Of a stretch of DNA of 64,000 bases, positions 1-15,631 are shown piece by piece. The stretch lies in NCBI RefSeq assembly GCF_009914755.1, contig NC_060940.1; one strand, 5' to 3'. This stretch comes from the human T2T-CHM13v2.0 reference genome, Homo sapiens. The translations under genes were made by a program, and so were the position numbers. Numbering within the stretch: position 1 is the first letter of the stretch; every line of letters begins with the position of its first letter. The notes under the pieces are model-generated. The model ran no database searches. It saw nothing but the letters and a program-made list of their open reading frames with translations, and was not told the origin of the DNA.

Positions 1-14
1 TCATTTGATTCCAT

Positions 15-3000
15 TCAGTGATGTTTCCATTCGACTCCATTCGATGATGATTCCATTCGACTACATTCGATTATGATTTCATTCAATTCCATTCGATAAA
101 GATTCCCTTCGAGTCCAATCGATGATTCCATTCGATTCCATTCAACGATGATTTGATTCGTGTCCATTCGATGATTCCATTTGATTCCACTTGATGAGGA
201 TTCCATTCGAGTCCATTTGATGATTCCATTCAATTCCATTCTCCGATGATTTCTTTTGAGCCCATTCAATGCTTCCACTCGATTACATATGATGATGACT
301 CCATTCGATGAAACTCGATGATGATTCCATTCGCTTGCATTCGATGATGATTCCACTTGAGTCCGTTAGAAGATTCTATTCAATTACATTCCATGACGAT
401 TCTGTTCGAGTCCATTTGATGATTCCATTACACTCCATTCGACAATGATTCCATTCAATGTTATTCGATGATTCCATTCGATCTCATTCGATGATGATTC
501 CATTCAAGTCCATTCGATGTTTCCATTCGAGTTCATTCTATTATTCCATTAGATTCCATTCGATGATGATTCCATTCGATTCCATTTGATGATTGCATTC
601 TATTTCATTTGATGATGATTCCATTCGAGTCCATTCGATGATTCCATTCGAGTCCATTTAATGAATCCATTGGTTTCAATTCTATGATGATTATATTGGA
701 TTCCATTCGTTGATGATTTCATTCGATTCCATTCAATGATGATTCCATTCAATTCCATTCAATGATTCCATTCAATTCCATACGATGATGATTCCATTTG
801 ATTTGATTCGACAGTGAGCCATTCGATTCAATTCCATGATGATTCTGTTTGATTCACTTGGTTGACATTTCCATTCGATTCCATTCGATGATGATTCCAT
901 TTGATTCCATTCAAAGATGATTCCATTCTAGCCCATTCAATCATTCCATTCGATTCTATTCAATGATGATTCCATTCATGTCGATTTGGTGATTCCATTT
1001 GACTTCATTTGATGATGATTCCTTTCAAGTTCATTAGATGATTCCATTCGATTCCATTTGATGATGATCCCATTCGAGTCCATTCAGTGATTCCACTCGT
1101 TTCCATTCCATGATGATTCCATTCCATTCCATTCAATGATTCCATTCGATTCCGTTTGATGATGATTTCATTCGAGTCCATTTGATGATTCCATTTGATT
1201 CCATTCGATGATGATTCCATTCGAGTCCATTCGATGATTCTATTCGAATCCATTTGATGATTTCTTTTGATTATATTTGGTGATGATTCCATTGGAGTCC
1301 ATTCAATGATTCCATTCGATTCCAATCGATGGTGGTTCCATTAGAGTCCATTTAATGATTCCATTTGATTCCAGTCTCTGATGTTTACATTCGAGTCCAT
1401 ACGATGATTCCACTCAATTCCATATGATGATGATTCCATTCGATTCCATTCGATGATTCCATTCTATTCTATTCAATGGTGATTCCATTCGAGTACATTA
1501 GATGATTCCATTCGATTCCATTCAATGATGATTCTACTTGTGTCCGTTAGATGATTCCACATGATTCCATTAGATGATGATACTATTTGAGCCCATCCAA
1601 TGATTCCCTTCGATTCCATTCGATGAGGATTCCATTCGATTCAATTCATTGGTGATTCTATTCAATTCAATTCTTTGATTCAATTCCATTCCATTCGACA
1701 ATGATTCCATTCGATTTCTTTCGATGATTCCACTCAATTTCACTTGACGTTGATTCCATTCGATTCCATTCAATGATTCCATTTGATTCCAGTGGATGAT
1801 GATTGCCGTCGATTCCATTCGATCACTCCATTCTGTTCCATTTGATGATGATTACATTCGATTCCATTTGATGATTCCATCTGATTCTATTCGAGGATTC
1901 CATTTGATTCCATTCGATGATGATTCCATTCGAGTCCATTCGATGATTTCATTCGAGTACATCCAATGATTCCATTCGAGTCCATTTGATGATTCCATTT
2001 CATTCCATTTGATTATGATTCTACTAGAGTCCATTCAATGACTCCATTCGAGTCCATTCAACAGTTCCATCCGAGTCCATTCGGTGATTCCATTCGTTTC
2101 CATTTGATGATTCCATTCGAGTCCATTTAATCATTACAGTCGAGTCCATTTGGTGATTCCACTGGATTTCTTTTGATAATGATACCATTCAATTACATTT
2201 GATGATGATCCCATTCAATTTCATTTGATGATGATTCCATTAGAGTCCATTCCATGATTTCATTCGAGTCCCTTCATTGATTCCATCCGATTTCATTTCA
2301 TGATGACTCCATTCGAGTCCATTCGATGATTCCACTCGATTCCTTTAGATGATTCCATTGGAGTCCATTTGATTGTTCCATTCGATTCCATTCGATTCCT
2401 TTCGAAGATTATTCCATTTGAGTCCATTCGATGATGATTCCATTCCATTCCATTCGATGATTCCGTTTGATTCCATTCGATGATTCCCTGTGATTCCTTT
2501 CTATGATGATTCCATTCCATTCCATTCAATGATTCCATTCGAATCTATTCCATGATGATTCCTTTCGATTCCATTCGCTGATGTTTCCGTTCAATTCCAT
2601 TCGATGATGATTCCATTCGATTCCATTCATTGAGGATTCCATTGGATTCCATTCAATGATGATTCCATTCTATTCCATTCAATGATTGCATTCAATTCCA
2701 TTCAATGATTATGCCATTAGAGTAAATTCAACGATTCCATTCAATACCATTCGATGATGATTCCTTTTGAGTCCATTCAATGATTTCATTCAAGTCCATT
2801 TGATGATTCCTTTCAATTCCATTCCATGATGATTCCATTCGAGTCCATTCGATGATTCCATTCGATTGCATTCGATGATTCCATTATATTCCATTCAACG
2901 ATGATTCCATTCGAGTCCATTCGATGATTCCATTAGAGTACATTTAATGATTGCTTTGTTTTCAATTCGAAGATGATTACATTGGATTCCATTCTATGAT

Positions 3001-6000
3001 TCCATTCGATTCCATTCATTGATGATTCCACCCAATTCCATTCGATGATGATTCCATTCGATTTCAATGATTCTACTCGATTCCATTCAATGATGATTCA
3101 ATTCTATTCCGTTTGATGATTCCATTAGATTCCATTCTATGATGATTCCATTCGAGTCCATTCGAAGATTTCATTCGATTACATTCCATGACGATTCCAT
3201 TCGAGTCCATTCGATGATTCCATTTGAATCCATTCGACGATGATTCCATTTGATGCTATTCGATGATTCCATTGGATTCCATTCGATGATGATTCCATTC
3301 GACTTGATTTGATGTTTCTATTTGAGTCCATTCGGTTATTTTATTAGACTACATTCGATGATGATTCCATTCGATGCCATTCAATGATTCCATTTGATTC
3401 CACTCAATGATGATTGCATTCGTGTCCATTCGATGATTCCATTTGGTTCCATTTGATGATGATTCCATTCGAGTCCATTCGATGATACCATTCAATTCCA
3501 TTCGATGATCATTCCATTCGAATCCATTTGATGATTCCACTCAATTCCATTTGATGACTCCTTTCATTCCCATTCGATGATTCCCTTCAGTTCCAATTGG
3601 ATGATCTTTCCATTTGATTCAATATGGTGACTCCATTCTATTATATTCAATGATGATTCCATTCGACTCCATTAGATGATGACTCCATTCCATTCCATTC
3701 GATTGTGATTTCATTCGATTCCATTCGAAGATGATTCCATTCGAGTCCATTTGATGATTCCATTCGATTCCATTCAATGATGATTCCACTCAAATCCATT
3801 GGATGATTCCATTCGTTTCCAATTGGTGATTTCATTAGATTCCATTCGAGGATGATTCTATTCGAGTCCATTCAATGATTCCATTGGATTCCGTTTGATA
3901 ATGATTCCATTAGAGTTCATTCGATGATTCCCTTCGAGTCCATTCGATTATTTCTTTTGATTCCATTTGATGATGATTCCATTCGATTCCATTCAATGAT
4001 TCCATTCCATTCCATTCGATGATGATTCCATTCGATAATGATTACATTCAAGCCCATGTGATGATTCCATTAGATTCTATTCAATGATGATTCCATTCGA
4101 CCACATTCGATGATGGCATTCGAGTCCATTCAATGATTTCACTCGATTCCACTTGATGATGATTCCTTTTGAGTCCATTTGATGATTACATTCGAGTCCA
4201 TGAGATGACTCCATTCGATTCCATTTCATGATGATGCAATTCGAGGCTATTCGATCATCCCATTTTAGTGCATTCGGTGATTCTCTTTTATTACATTCGA
4301 TGAGGGCTCCATTCGAGTCCATTCAATGATTCCATTAGATTCCACTCGATGATGATTCCATTTGAGTCCATTCAAAGATTCCTTTCGAGTCCATTCGATA
4401 ATTCTATTGGATTCCACTAGGTGATGATTCCTTTCGAGTCAATTCGATGATTCCTTTCAAGTGCCTTCAATGATTCCATTCGATTCCATTCGATGACGAT
4501 TCATTTCAAGTCCATTCAATGGTTCCATTCTGTTGAATTTGATGGTTCCATTTGATTCCATTCGATGATGATTCCATTCGTGTCCATTGGATGATTCCAT
4601 TCGATTCCTTTCGAGGAAGATTCCATTCGACTCCATTCGATGATTCCGTTCGATTCCATTCCATGATGATTCCATTTGATTCCATTCCATGATTCCATTC
4701 GATACCATTCGATGATGATTCCATTCGACTCCATTTGATGAATCCATTCAATGCTTCCATTCGAGTCCATTCGATGATTCCATTCGATTCCATTCCATGA
4801 AGATTCCATTCGAGTACATTTGATGATTCCATTTAATTCCATAGGATGATGATTCTATTAGGGTCCGTTGACTATTCCATTCAATTCCATTCGAAGATTC
4901 CATTCGAGTCCACTCGATGATTCTATTTGATTCCATTTGATAATTCCATTCGATTCCATTTGATGTTGATTCCATTCGAGTCCATTCGATCATTATTACA
5001 TTTGATTCTATTCGATGATTCCATTCGATTCCATTTGATGAGGATTCCATTCGAGACCATTTGATGATTCCATTCAATTCCATTGGATGATTCCAATATT
5101 TTCCATTAGATGATGATTCCATTCGATTCCATTCAATGATGATTCCATCAGAATCCATTCGATGATGACTCCTTTTGCTTCCATTCAATGATCATTACAT
5201 TCGGTTCCATTCGATGATGATTCCTTTGGATTCCATTCGATGATGCTTCCATTCGATTCCATTTGATGATGATTCTTTTCGATTCCATTTGATGATGATT
5301 CCATTTGATTCCATTCGATGGTGATTCCATTTGATGATTCCATTCGATTGTATTCGATGATGATTCCACTCGATTCTATTTGATGATGACTGCATTCGAT
5401 TCCATTTGATGATTCCATTTGATTCCATTCGATGATGATTCTGATCAATTGCATTCGATGATCCATTCGATTCCATTTGATGGTTCCATTTGATTCCATT
5501 TGATAATGATTCCTTTCGAGTCCATTCGATGATTCCATTTGCGGATATTCGATAATTCCATTTGAGTCCAACCGATGATTCCATTCGAGGCCATTCAATC
5601 ATTCTTTTTGAGTCCTTTCGATAAAGATTCCATTTTAGTCCATTCAATAATTCCACTGGAGTCCATTCGATGATTGCTTTTAATTCCATTCGATGATATT
5701 CCATTCGAGTCCATTCGATGATTCCATTCGTTGCTATTAGATGATGATTCCATTCATGACCATTTGGTGATTCCATTCGATTTCATTCGTTGATGATTCC
5801 ATTCGAGTCCATTCCATGATTCCATTCAAGTCCATTTGATGATTTCTTTGAATTCAATTCGATGATGATTCCATTCGAGTCCATTCGATGATTCCATTCA
5901 GTTCCATTCGATGATGATTCCTTTCGAGACCATATGATGATTCCATTTGATTTCATTCGATGATGATTCCATTCGATTCCATTCGATGATTCCATTCTAT

Positions 6001-9000
6001 TCCATTCGATGATGATTCCATTCGAGTCCATTTAATGATTCCATTGGGTTCAATTCAATGATGATTACATTGGATTCTCTTCTATGATACCATTCAATTC
6101 CGTTCATTGACAATTTGATTCCATTCGATGATGATTCCATTTGAGTTCATTCGATGATTCTATTCGATTCTCTTCGATGGTGATTCAATTCTATTATATT
6201 TGATGATTCCATTCGACTCCATTCAATGATGATTCCTTTCGATTCCATTTGACGATGTTTCCATTTGAGTCCATTCGATGATGATACAATTCAGTTCTGT
6301 TCTATTATGAATCCATTCGATTTCATTCAATGCTTCTATTTGATTCCATTCGACGATGATTCCATCTCTTTCCCTTCGATGATTCCATCTCTTTCCCTTC
6401 GATGATTCCATTTGATTCCATTCAGTGATGATTCCATTTGATTCCATCTGATGATGATTTCACTTGATTCATTTCAATGATGATTCCATTCAAGTCCATT
6501 CGATGATTCCATTGGAGTCCAAACGATCATTCCATTCGATTCCATTCAATGATGATTCCATTCATGTCCATTCGATGAATCCTTTCAATTCCATTCGATG
6601 ATGACTCCATTCGAGTACATTCGATGATTCCATTTGATTCTATCTGATGATGATTACATTCAATTCCATTCGAAGATGATTCCATTCAATTCCACTTGAT
6701 GATGATTCCGTATGAATCCATTCGCTGATTATTCCATTCGATTCCATTCATTGACGATTCCATTCGATTCCATTCAATGATGATTCTCTTCTATTGCATT
6801 CGATGATTCCGTTCGATTCCATTCGATGATGATTCCATTAGATTCCATTCGATTGTTGCATTCGATTCCCTTCGATGATGATTCCTTTGAATTCCATTCG
6901 ATTATGATTCCGTATGAATCCATTTGATGATTATTCCATTGGATTCCTTTCGATGATGATTCCATTCTATTCCATTTGATGATGTTTCTCATGTATTCCA
7001 TTTGATAATTCCTTTCAATTCCCTTCGATGATGATTCTTTCGAGTCAATTCGATGATTCTATTCCATTCCCTTCGATGATGATTCCATTTCACTCCATTC
7101 GATGATTCCATTCGATTCAATTTGGTGATGATTCAATTCGATGACATTCGATGACTCCATTCAATTTCATTTGATGATGATTACATTCGAGTCCATTTGA
7201 TGATTGTATTCCTTTCCTTTTGATGATTATTCCATTCGTGTCTATTCAAAGATTCCATTCTATTCCATTCAATGATGATTCCAATTGATTCCATTCAATG
7301 ATTATGGCTATCGATTCCACTCGTTGATTCCATTTGATTCCATTCGATGATTATTCCGTTAGATTCCATTAGGAGATTCCATTCGATTTTATTCAATGAT
7401 TCCAATTGATTCCATTCAATGATGATTCCATTCGACTCCGTTCAGTGATTCCATTTGAGTCCATTTGAGTATTCCATTCGAGTCCATATGATGATTCCAT
7501 TCTTTTCCATTTGATGATGATTCCATTAGGGTCCATTCAATGATTCCATTCGAGTCCATTCGTTAATGCCTTTCGAGTCCTTTTGATCACTACATTCGAG
7601 TCCATTCAATGATTCTATTCGATTCCATTCCATGATGATTCCATTCGAGTTCATTCGATGATTGCATTCGAGTCCATTTGATGATTCCATATGATTCCAT
7701 TCGACAATGATTCCATTCGTGTCCATTTGATGATTCCATTCATTTCCTATCGATGAAGATTCCATTCGAGTGTATTCGATGATTCCATTCAAATCCATTC
7801 GATGATGATTCCATTCCAGTCCATTCGATCATTCCACTTGATTCCATTTGATGACTATTCCATTCAAATCCATTTGATGATTCCATTCGATTCCATTCGA
7901 TGTTACCATTCCAGTATATACGATGATTCCACTCGATTCCATTTGATGATTATTCCATTGGAGTCGACTTAGTGAATCCTTTAGATTCTACTCGAAGATG
8001 ATTCCATTCGAGTCCATTCGATGATACCATTCAATTCCATTCGTTGATGCTTCCATTCAAGGGCATTCAATGATATCATTCGATTCCATTTGATGATAAT
8101 TCCATTTGATTCCATGTGATGATTCTATTCCATTCCATTCAATGATAATTCCATTCAATTCAGTGATTCCTCTGGACTCCATTTGATGATGATTCCATTC
8201 AATGATTCCATTCGATTCTATTCGAAAATGATTCCATTTGAATCCATTTGATGATGATTCCATTAGATTCCATTTGATGATTCCATTCGATTCCATTCGA
8301 CGATGATACCATTCGATTCCATTTGATGATTCCATTCTATTCTATTCGATGATGATTCCATTTGATTCCATTCGATCATGATTGGATTCGATTCCATTTG
8401 ATGATTTCATTTGATTCCATTTGATGATGATTTCGATCAATTCCATTCGATGATTCCATTCGATTCCATTCGATAATTATTACATCCGTGTCCATTCTAT
8501 GATTCCATTTGAGCCCGTTCGATAATTCCATTTGAGTCCAATCAATGATTCCATTCATTTCCATTCAATGATTCCATTCGAGTCCATTTGATCATTCCGG
8601 TAGGGTCCGTTCGATGTTGATTCCATTGGAGTGCATTCGATGATTCCATTCGAGTCCATTTTATGATTTGATTCGAGTCCTTTCGATGATTCCAATCGAT
8701 TCCACTCGATGATTTCATTCGAGTCCATTCGACACTTCCAATCGATTCCATTTGATGTTTCCATTCGAGTCCAATTGATGATTCCATTCAATTCCATTCG
8801 ATGATGATTCCATACGATTCCATTCTGTGATGATTCCATGTGATTGCATTCAATGATGATTCCTTTCGATTGCATTCGATTATGATTCATTTCGTGTTCA
8901 TTCTATGGTTCCACAGGTTTCCATTCGTGTCCATTCCATTATTCCATTCTATTCCATTTGATGATGATTCCATTCGATTCCATTCATTGGTGATTCCACT

Positions 9001-10004
9001 CAATTCCATTCAATGATTCCATTCCATTTCTTTCAACAATGATTCCATTAGTTTCTAATCGATGATCCACTTGATTCCATTTGACGATGATTCCATTCTT
9101 GTCCATTCGATGATTCCATTTGATTCCATATGAAGATGATTCCATTCGATTCCATACGATGATGATTCCATTCGAGTCCATTCAATGGTGATTCCATTCA
9201 ATTCCATTCGGTGATTCCTTTCGATTCCATTTGATGATGATGGCATTGGATTCCTTTCAATTATTCCCTTTGATTCCACTCAAAGGTGATTTCATTCAAG
9301 TCCATTCGATAATTGCATTCGATTCCATTCTATGATGATTCCATTCGAGTCCATTTGATGATTCCATTCAATTCAAGTCAATGATGATTCCATTCGATTC
9401 CATTCGATGATTCCATTGGATTCCATTCGATGATGATTCCATTCAAATCCATTCCATAATTCAATTCACGTCCATTCGATGATGATTCCAATCGAATCCA
9501 TTCAAAGATTCCATTCAATTCCATTCGATGATTCCCTTAGATTCCATTCGATGATTCCACTTGATTCCATTTACGATGATTCCATTCGATTCCATGTGAT
9601 GATTCCATTCAATTCTATTCAATGATGTTTCCATTTGATTCCATTCGACCATGATTGCCTTTGATTCCATTCAATGATTCCATTCGGTTCCGTTTGATGA
9701 TGATTCCGTTCGATTCCATTTGATGATTCCATTTGATTCCATTGGATGAGTCCATTCGATTACATTCGATGATTATTCCATTCGAGTGCATTAGATGATT
9801 CCATTCGAGTCCATTCGATGATTCCATTCGAGTCCATTCGATGATTCCATTCGATTCCATTCGATGTTGATTCTGTTCAAATCCATTCGATGATTCCACT
9901 CGATTCCATTCGATGACTCCATTTGATCCCATTCGATGATTTCCTTTGATTCCCTTTGATGATCATTCCGTTTGATTCAATTCGGTGATTTCATTGGATT
10001 CCAT
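15..10004 (+). repeat. Higher-order unit 1, long divergent variant (9990 bp)
   Basis: Landmark TCAGTGATGTTTCCATTC at 15 and 10005. Collinear with unit 3 at offset 15617 up to ~3000, then carries extra 758-bp and 2013-bp segments and a 1720-bp block in place of the standard 610-bp block. With small indels (-23, -3, +23) this sums to 6112+3878. Confidence 0.85.
6355..6400 (+). repeat. Exact 23-bp single-monomer tandem duplication
   Basis: GATGATTCCATCTCTTTCCCTTC occurs twice; single copy in the homologous blocks at ~40905 and ~51091. Confidence 0.9.
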
Positions 10005-13000
10005 TCAGTGATGTTTCCATTCGACTCCATTCGATGATGATTCCATTCGACTCCATTCGATTATGATTTCATTCAATTCCATTCGATAATGATTCCCTTC
10101 GAGTCCATTCGATGATTCCATTCGATTCCATTCAACGATGATTTGATTCGTGTCCATTCGATGATTCCATTTGATTCCACTTGATGATGATTCCATTCGA
10201 GTCCATTCTCCGATGATTTTTTTTGAGCCCATTCAATGCTTCCACTCGATTCCATATGATGACTCCATTTGATGAAATTCGATGATGATTCCATTCGCTT
10301 GCATTCGATGATGATTCCACTTGAGTCCGTTAGAAGATTCTATTCAATTACATTCCTTGACGATTCCGTTCGAGTCCATTGGATGATTCCATTAGACTCC
10401 ATTCGACGATGATTCCATTCGATGTTATTCGATGATTCCATTTGATCTCATTCGATGATGATTCCATTCAACTCCATTCGATGTTTCCATACGAGTTCAT
10501 TCTATTATTCCATTAGATTCCATTCGATGATGATTCCAATCGATTCCCTTTGATGATTGCATTCTACTTCATTTGATGATGATTCCATTCGAGTCCATTT
10601 GATGATTCCACTCGATTCCATTCCATGATGATTCCATTCCATTCCATTCAATGATTCCATTCCATTCCGTTTGATGATGATTTCATTCGAGTCCATTTGA
10701 TGATTCCATTTGATTCCATTCGATGATGATTCCATTCGAGTCCATTCGATGATTCTATTCAAATCCATTTGATGATTTCTTTTGATTATATTTGGTGATG
10801 ATTCCATTGGAGTCCATTCAATGATTCCGTTCGATTCCAATCGATGATGATTCCATTAGGGTCCATTTAATGATTCCATTTGATTCCAGTCTCTGTTGAT
10901 TACATTCGAGTCCATACGATGATTCCACTCAATTCCATATGATGATGATTCCATTCGATTCCGTTCGATGATTCCATTCTATTCTATTCAATGGTGATTC
11001 CATTCGAGTACATTAGATGATTCCATTCGATTCCATTCAAAGATGATTCTATTTGTGTCCCTTAGATGATTCCACATGATTCCATTAGATGATGATACTA
11101 TTTGAGCCCATCCAATGATTCCTTTCGATTCCATTCGATGAGGATTCCATTCGATTCAATTCATTGGTGATTCTATTCAATTCAATTCTTTGATTCCATT
11201 GCATTCCATTCGACAATGATTCCATTCGATTTCTTTCGATGATTCCACTCGATTCCACTTGACATTGATTCCATTCGATTCCATTCAATGATTCCATTTG
11301 ATTCCAGTGGATGATGATTGCCATCGATTCCATTCGATCACTCCATTCTATTCCATTTGATGATGATTACATTCGATTCCATTTGATGATTCCAGCTGAT
11401 TCTATTCGAGGATTCCATTTGATTCCATTCGATGATGATTCCATTCGAGTCCATTCGATGATTTCATTCGAGTACATCCAATGATTCCATTCGAGTCCAT
11501 TTGATGATTCCATTTGATTCCATTTGATAATGATTCTTCTAGAGTCCGTTCAATGACTCCATTCGAGTCCATTCAACAATTCCATTCGACTCCATTCGAT
11601 GATTCCATTCGATTCCATTTGATGATTCCATTCGAGTCCACTTAATCATTACAGTCGAGTCCATTTGGTGATTCCACTGTTATTCTTTTGATAATGATAC
11701 CATTCAATTACATTTGATGATGATCCCATTCAATTTCATTTGATGATGATTCCCTTAGAGTCCATTCGATGATTTCATCCGAGTCCCTTCACTGATTCCA
11801 TCCGATTTCATTGGATGATGACTCCATTCGAGTCCATTCGATGATTCCACTCGATTCCATTAGATGATTCCATTGGAGTCCATTTGATTGTTCCATTCGA
11901 TTCCATTCGATTCCTTTCGAAGATTATTCCATTTGAGTCCATTCGATGATGATTCCATTCCATTCCATTCGATGATTCCGTTTGATTCCATTCAATGATT
12001 CCCTTCGATTCCTTTCTTTGATGATTCCATTCCATTCCATTCAATGATTCCATTCGAATCTATTCCATGATGATTCCTTTCGATTCCATTCGCTGATGTT
12101 TCCGTTCAATTCCATTCGATGATGATTCCATTCGATTCCATTCATTGAGGATTCCATTTGATTCCATTCAATGATGATTCCGTTCTATTCCATTCAATGA
12201 TTGCATTCAATTCCATTCAATGATTATCCCCTTAGAGTAAACTCAACGATTCCATTCAATACCATTCGATGATGATTCCTTTTGAGTCCATTCAATGATT
12301 TCATTCAAGTCCATTTGATGATTCCTTTCAATTCCATTCTATGATGATTCCATTCGAGTCCATTCGATGATTCCATTCGATTGCATTCGATTATTCCATT
12401 ATATTCCAGTCAACGATGATTCCATTCGAGTCCATTCGATGATTCCATTAGAGTACATTTAATGATTGCTTTGTTTTCAATTCGAAGATGATTACATTGG
12501 ATTCCATTCTATGATACCATTCGATTCCATTCAATGATGATTCCACTCAAATCCATTGGATGATTCCATTCGTGTCCATTCGGTAATTTCATTAGATTCC
12601 ATTCGAGGATGATTCCATTCGATTCCATTCGATGATTCCATTCAATTCCATTCGATGATGATTCCATTCCAGTCCATATGATCATTCCATTTGATTTCAT
12701 TCGATGATGATTCCATTCGATTCCATTCGATGATTCCATTCTATTCCATTCGATGATGATTCCATTCGAGTCCATTCGATGATTCCATTCGAGTCCATTT
12801 AATGATTCCATTGGGTTCAATTCAATGATGATTACATTGGATTCCGTTCTATGATTCCATTCAATTCCGTTCATTGACAATTTGATTCCATTCGATGATG
12901 ATTCCATTTGAGTTCATTCGATGATTCTATTCGATTCTCTTCGATGGTGATTCAATTCTATTATATTGGATGATTCCATTCGATTCCATTTGATGTTGAT

Positions 13001-15631
13001 TCAATTCGATTCTATTCGATGATGATTCCATTGGATTTCACTTGATGATTCTATTCGATTCCATTCAATGATGATTCACTTCTCGTCCATTGGATGATTC
13101 CATTTCATTCCATTCGATGATGATTCCATTCGATGATTCCATTTGATTCCATGCGACGGTGAGCAATTCGATTCAATTCCATGATGATTCTATTTGATTC
13201 AATTAGATGATGTTTCCATTCGAATCCATTCCATGATTATTCCATTGGAATCCATTCAGCGATGATTCCATATGAGTCAATTCAATGATGATTCCATATG
13301 GGTCCGTTCGATGATAATTCCATTTGATTTCATTCGGTGCTTCTATTCAATTCCAGTCGATGATGATTCCGTTGGAGTCCATACGATGATTCCATTTGAT
13401 TTCATTTGATGATGATTCCATTCGATGATGATTACATTGGATTCCATTCTATGATTCCATTCAATTCCATTCGTTGATGATTCGATTCCATTCAATGATG
13501 ATTCCATTTGAGTTCATTCGATGATTCTATTCGATTCCGTTCGATGGTGATTCAATTCTCTTATATTGGATGAATCCACTCGATTCCATTTGATGATTAT
13601 TCCATTGGAGTCCACTTAGTGAATCCTTCAGATTCTACTCGAAGATGATTCCATTCAAGTCCATTCGATGATACCATTCAATTCCATTCGTTGATGCTTC
13701 CATTCAAGTGCATTCGATGATATCATTCGATTCCATTTGATGATAATTCCATTTGATTCCATGCGATGATTCTATTCGATTCCATTCAATGATAATTCCA
13801 TTCAGTTCAGTGATTCCTCTGGACTCCATTTGATGATGATTCCATTCAATGATTCCATTCGATTCTATTCGAAAATGATTCCATTTGAATCCATTTGATG
13901 ATGATTCCATTAGATTCCATTAGATGATTCCATTCGATTCCATGCAACGATGATTCCATTCGATTCCATGTGATGATTCCATTCTATTCTATTCGATGAT
14001 GATTCCATTCGATTCCATTCGATGATGATTGGATTCGATTCCATTTGATGTTTTCATTTGATTCCATTCGTTAATGATTTCGATCAATTCCATTCGATGA
14101 TTCCATTCGATTCCATTCGATAATGATTACATCCGTGTCCATTCAGTGATTCCATTTGAGCCTGTTCGATAATTCCATTTGAGTCCAACCAATGATTCCA
14201 TTCATTTCCATTCAATGATTCCATTCGAGTCCATTTGATCATTCCGGTAGGGTCCATTCGATGTTGATTCCATTGGAGTGCATTCGATGATTCCATTCGA
14301 GTCCATTTTATGATTTGATTCGAGTCCTTTCGATGATTCCATTCGATTCCACTCGATGATGATTTCATTCGAGTCCATTCGACACTTCCAATCGATTCCA
14401 TTTGATGTTTCCATTCGAGTCCAATTGATGATTCCATTCAATTCCATTCGATGATGATTCCGTACGATTCCATTCTGTGATGATTCCATGTGATTGCATT
14501 CAATGATGATTCCTTTAGATTGCATTCGATTATGATTCATTTCGTCTTCATTCTATGGTTCCACAGGTTTCCATTCGTGTCCATTCCATTATTCCATTCT
14601 ATTCCATTTGATGATGATTCCATTCGATTCCATTCATTGGTGATTCCACTCAATTCCATTCAATGATTCCATTCCATTTCTTTCAACAATGATTCCATTA
14701 GTTTCTAATCGATGATCCACTTGATTCCATTTGACGACGATTCCATTCTTGTCCATTCGATGATTCCATTTGATTCCATATGATGATGATTCCATTCGAT
14801 TCCATACCATGATGATTCCATTCGAGTCCATTCAATGGTGATTCCATTCAATTCCATTCGATGATTCCTTTCGATTCCATTCGATGATGATGGCATTCGA
14901 TTCCTTTCAATCATTCCCTTTGATTCCATTCAAAGGTGATTTCATTCAAGTCCATTCGATAATTGCATTCGATTCCATTCTATGATGATTCCATTCGAGT
15001 CCATTTGATGATTCCATTCAATTCAAGTCAATGATGATTCCATTCGATTCCATTCGATGATTCCATTGGATTCCATTCGATAATGATTCCATTCAAATCC
15101 ATTCGATAATTCAATTCACGTCCATTCGATGATGATTAAAATCGAATCCATTCAAAGATTCCATTCAGTTCCATTCGATGATTCCCTTAGATTCCATTCG
15201 ATGATTCCACTTGATTCCATTTACGATGATTCCATTCGATTCCATGTGATGATTCCATTCAATTCTATTCAATGCTGTTTCCATTTGATTCCATTCGACC
15301 ATGATTGCCTTTGATTCCATTCAATGACTCCATTCGGTTCCTTTTGATGATGATTCCGTTCGATTCCATTTGATGATTCCATTTGATTCCATTGGATGAG
15401 TCCATTCGATTACATTCGATGATTATTCCATTCGAGTGCATTAGATGATTCCATTCGAGTCCATTCGATGATTCCATTCGATTCCATTCGATGTTGATTC
15501 TGTTCAAATCCATTCGATGATTCCACTCGATTCCATTCGATGACTCCATTTGATCCCATTCGATGATTTCCTTTGATTCCCTTTGATGATCATTCCATTT
15601 GATTCAATTCGGTGATTTCATTTGATTCCAT
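10005..15631 (+). repeat. Higher-order unit 2 (5627 bp; consensus minus 23, 3, 449 and 10 bp)
   Basis: Landmark spacing 10005 to 15632. Deletions are visible at ~10205, ~10257, ~10600 and ~13130; 5627+485=6112. Confidence 0.88.
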
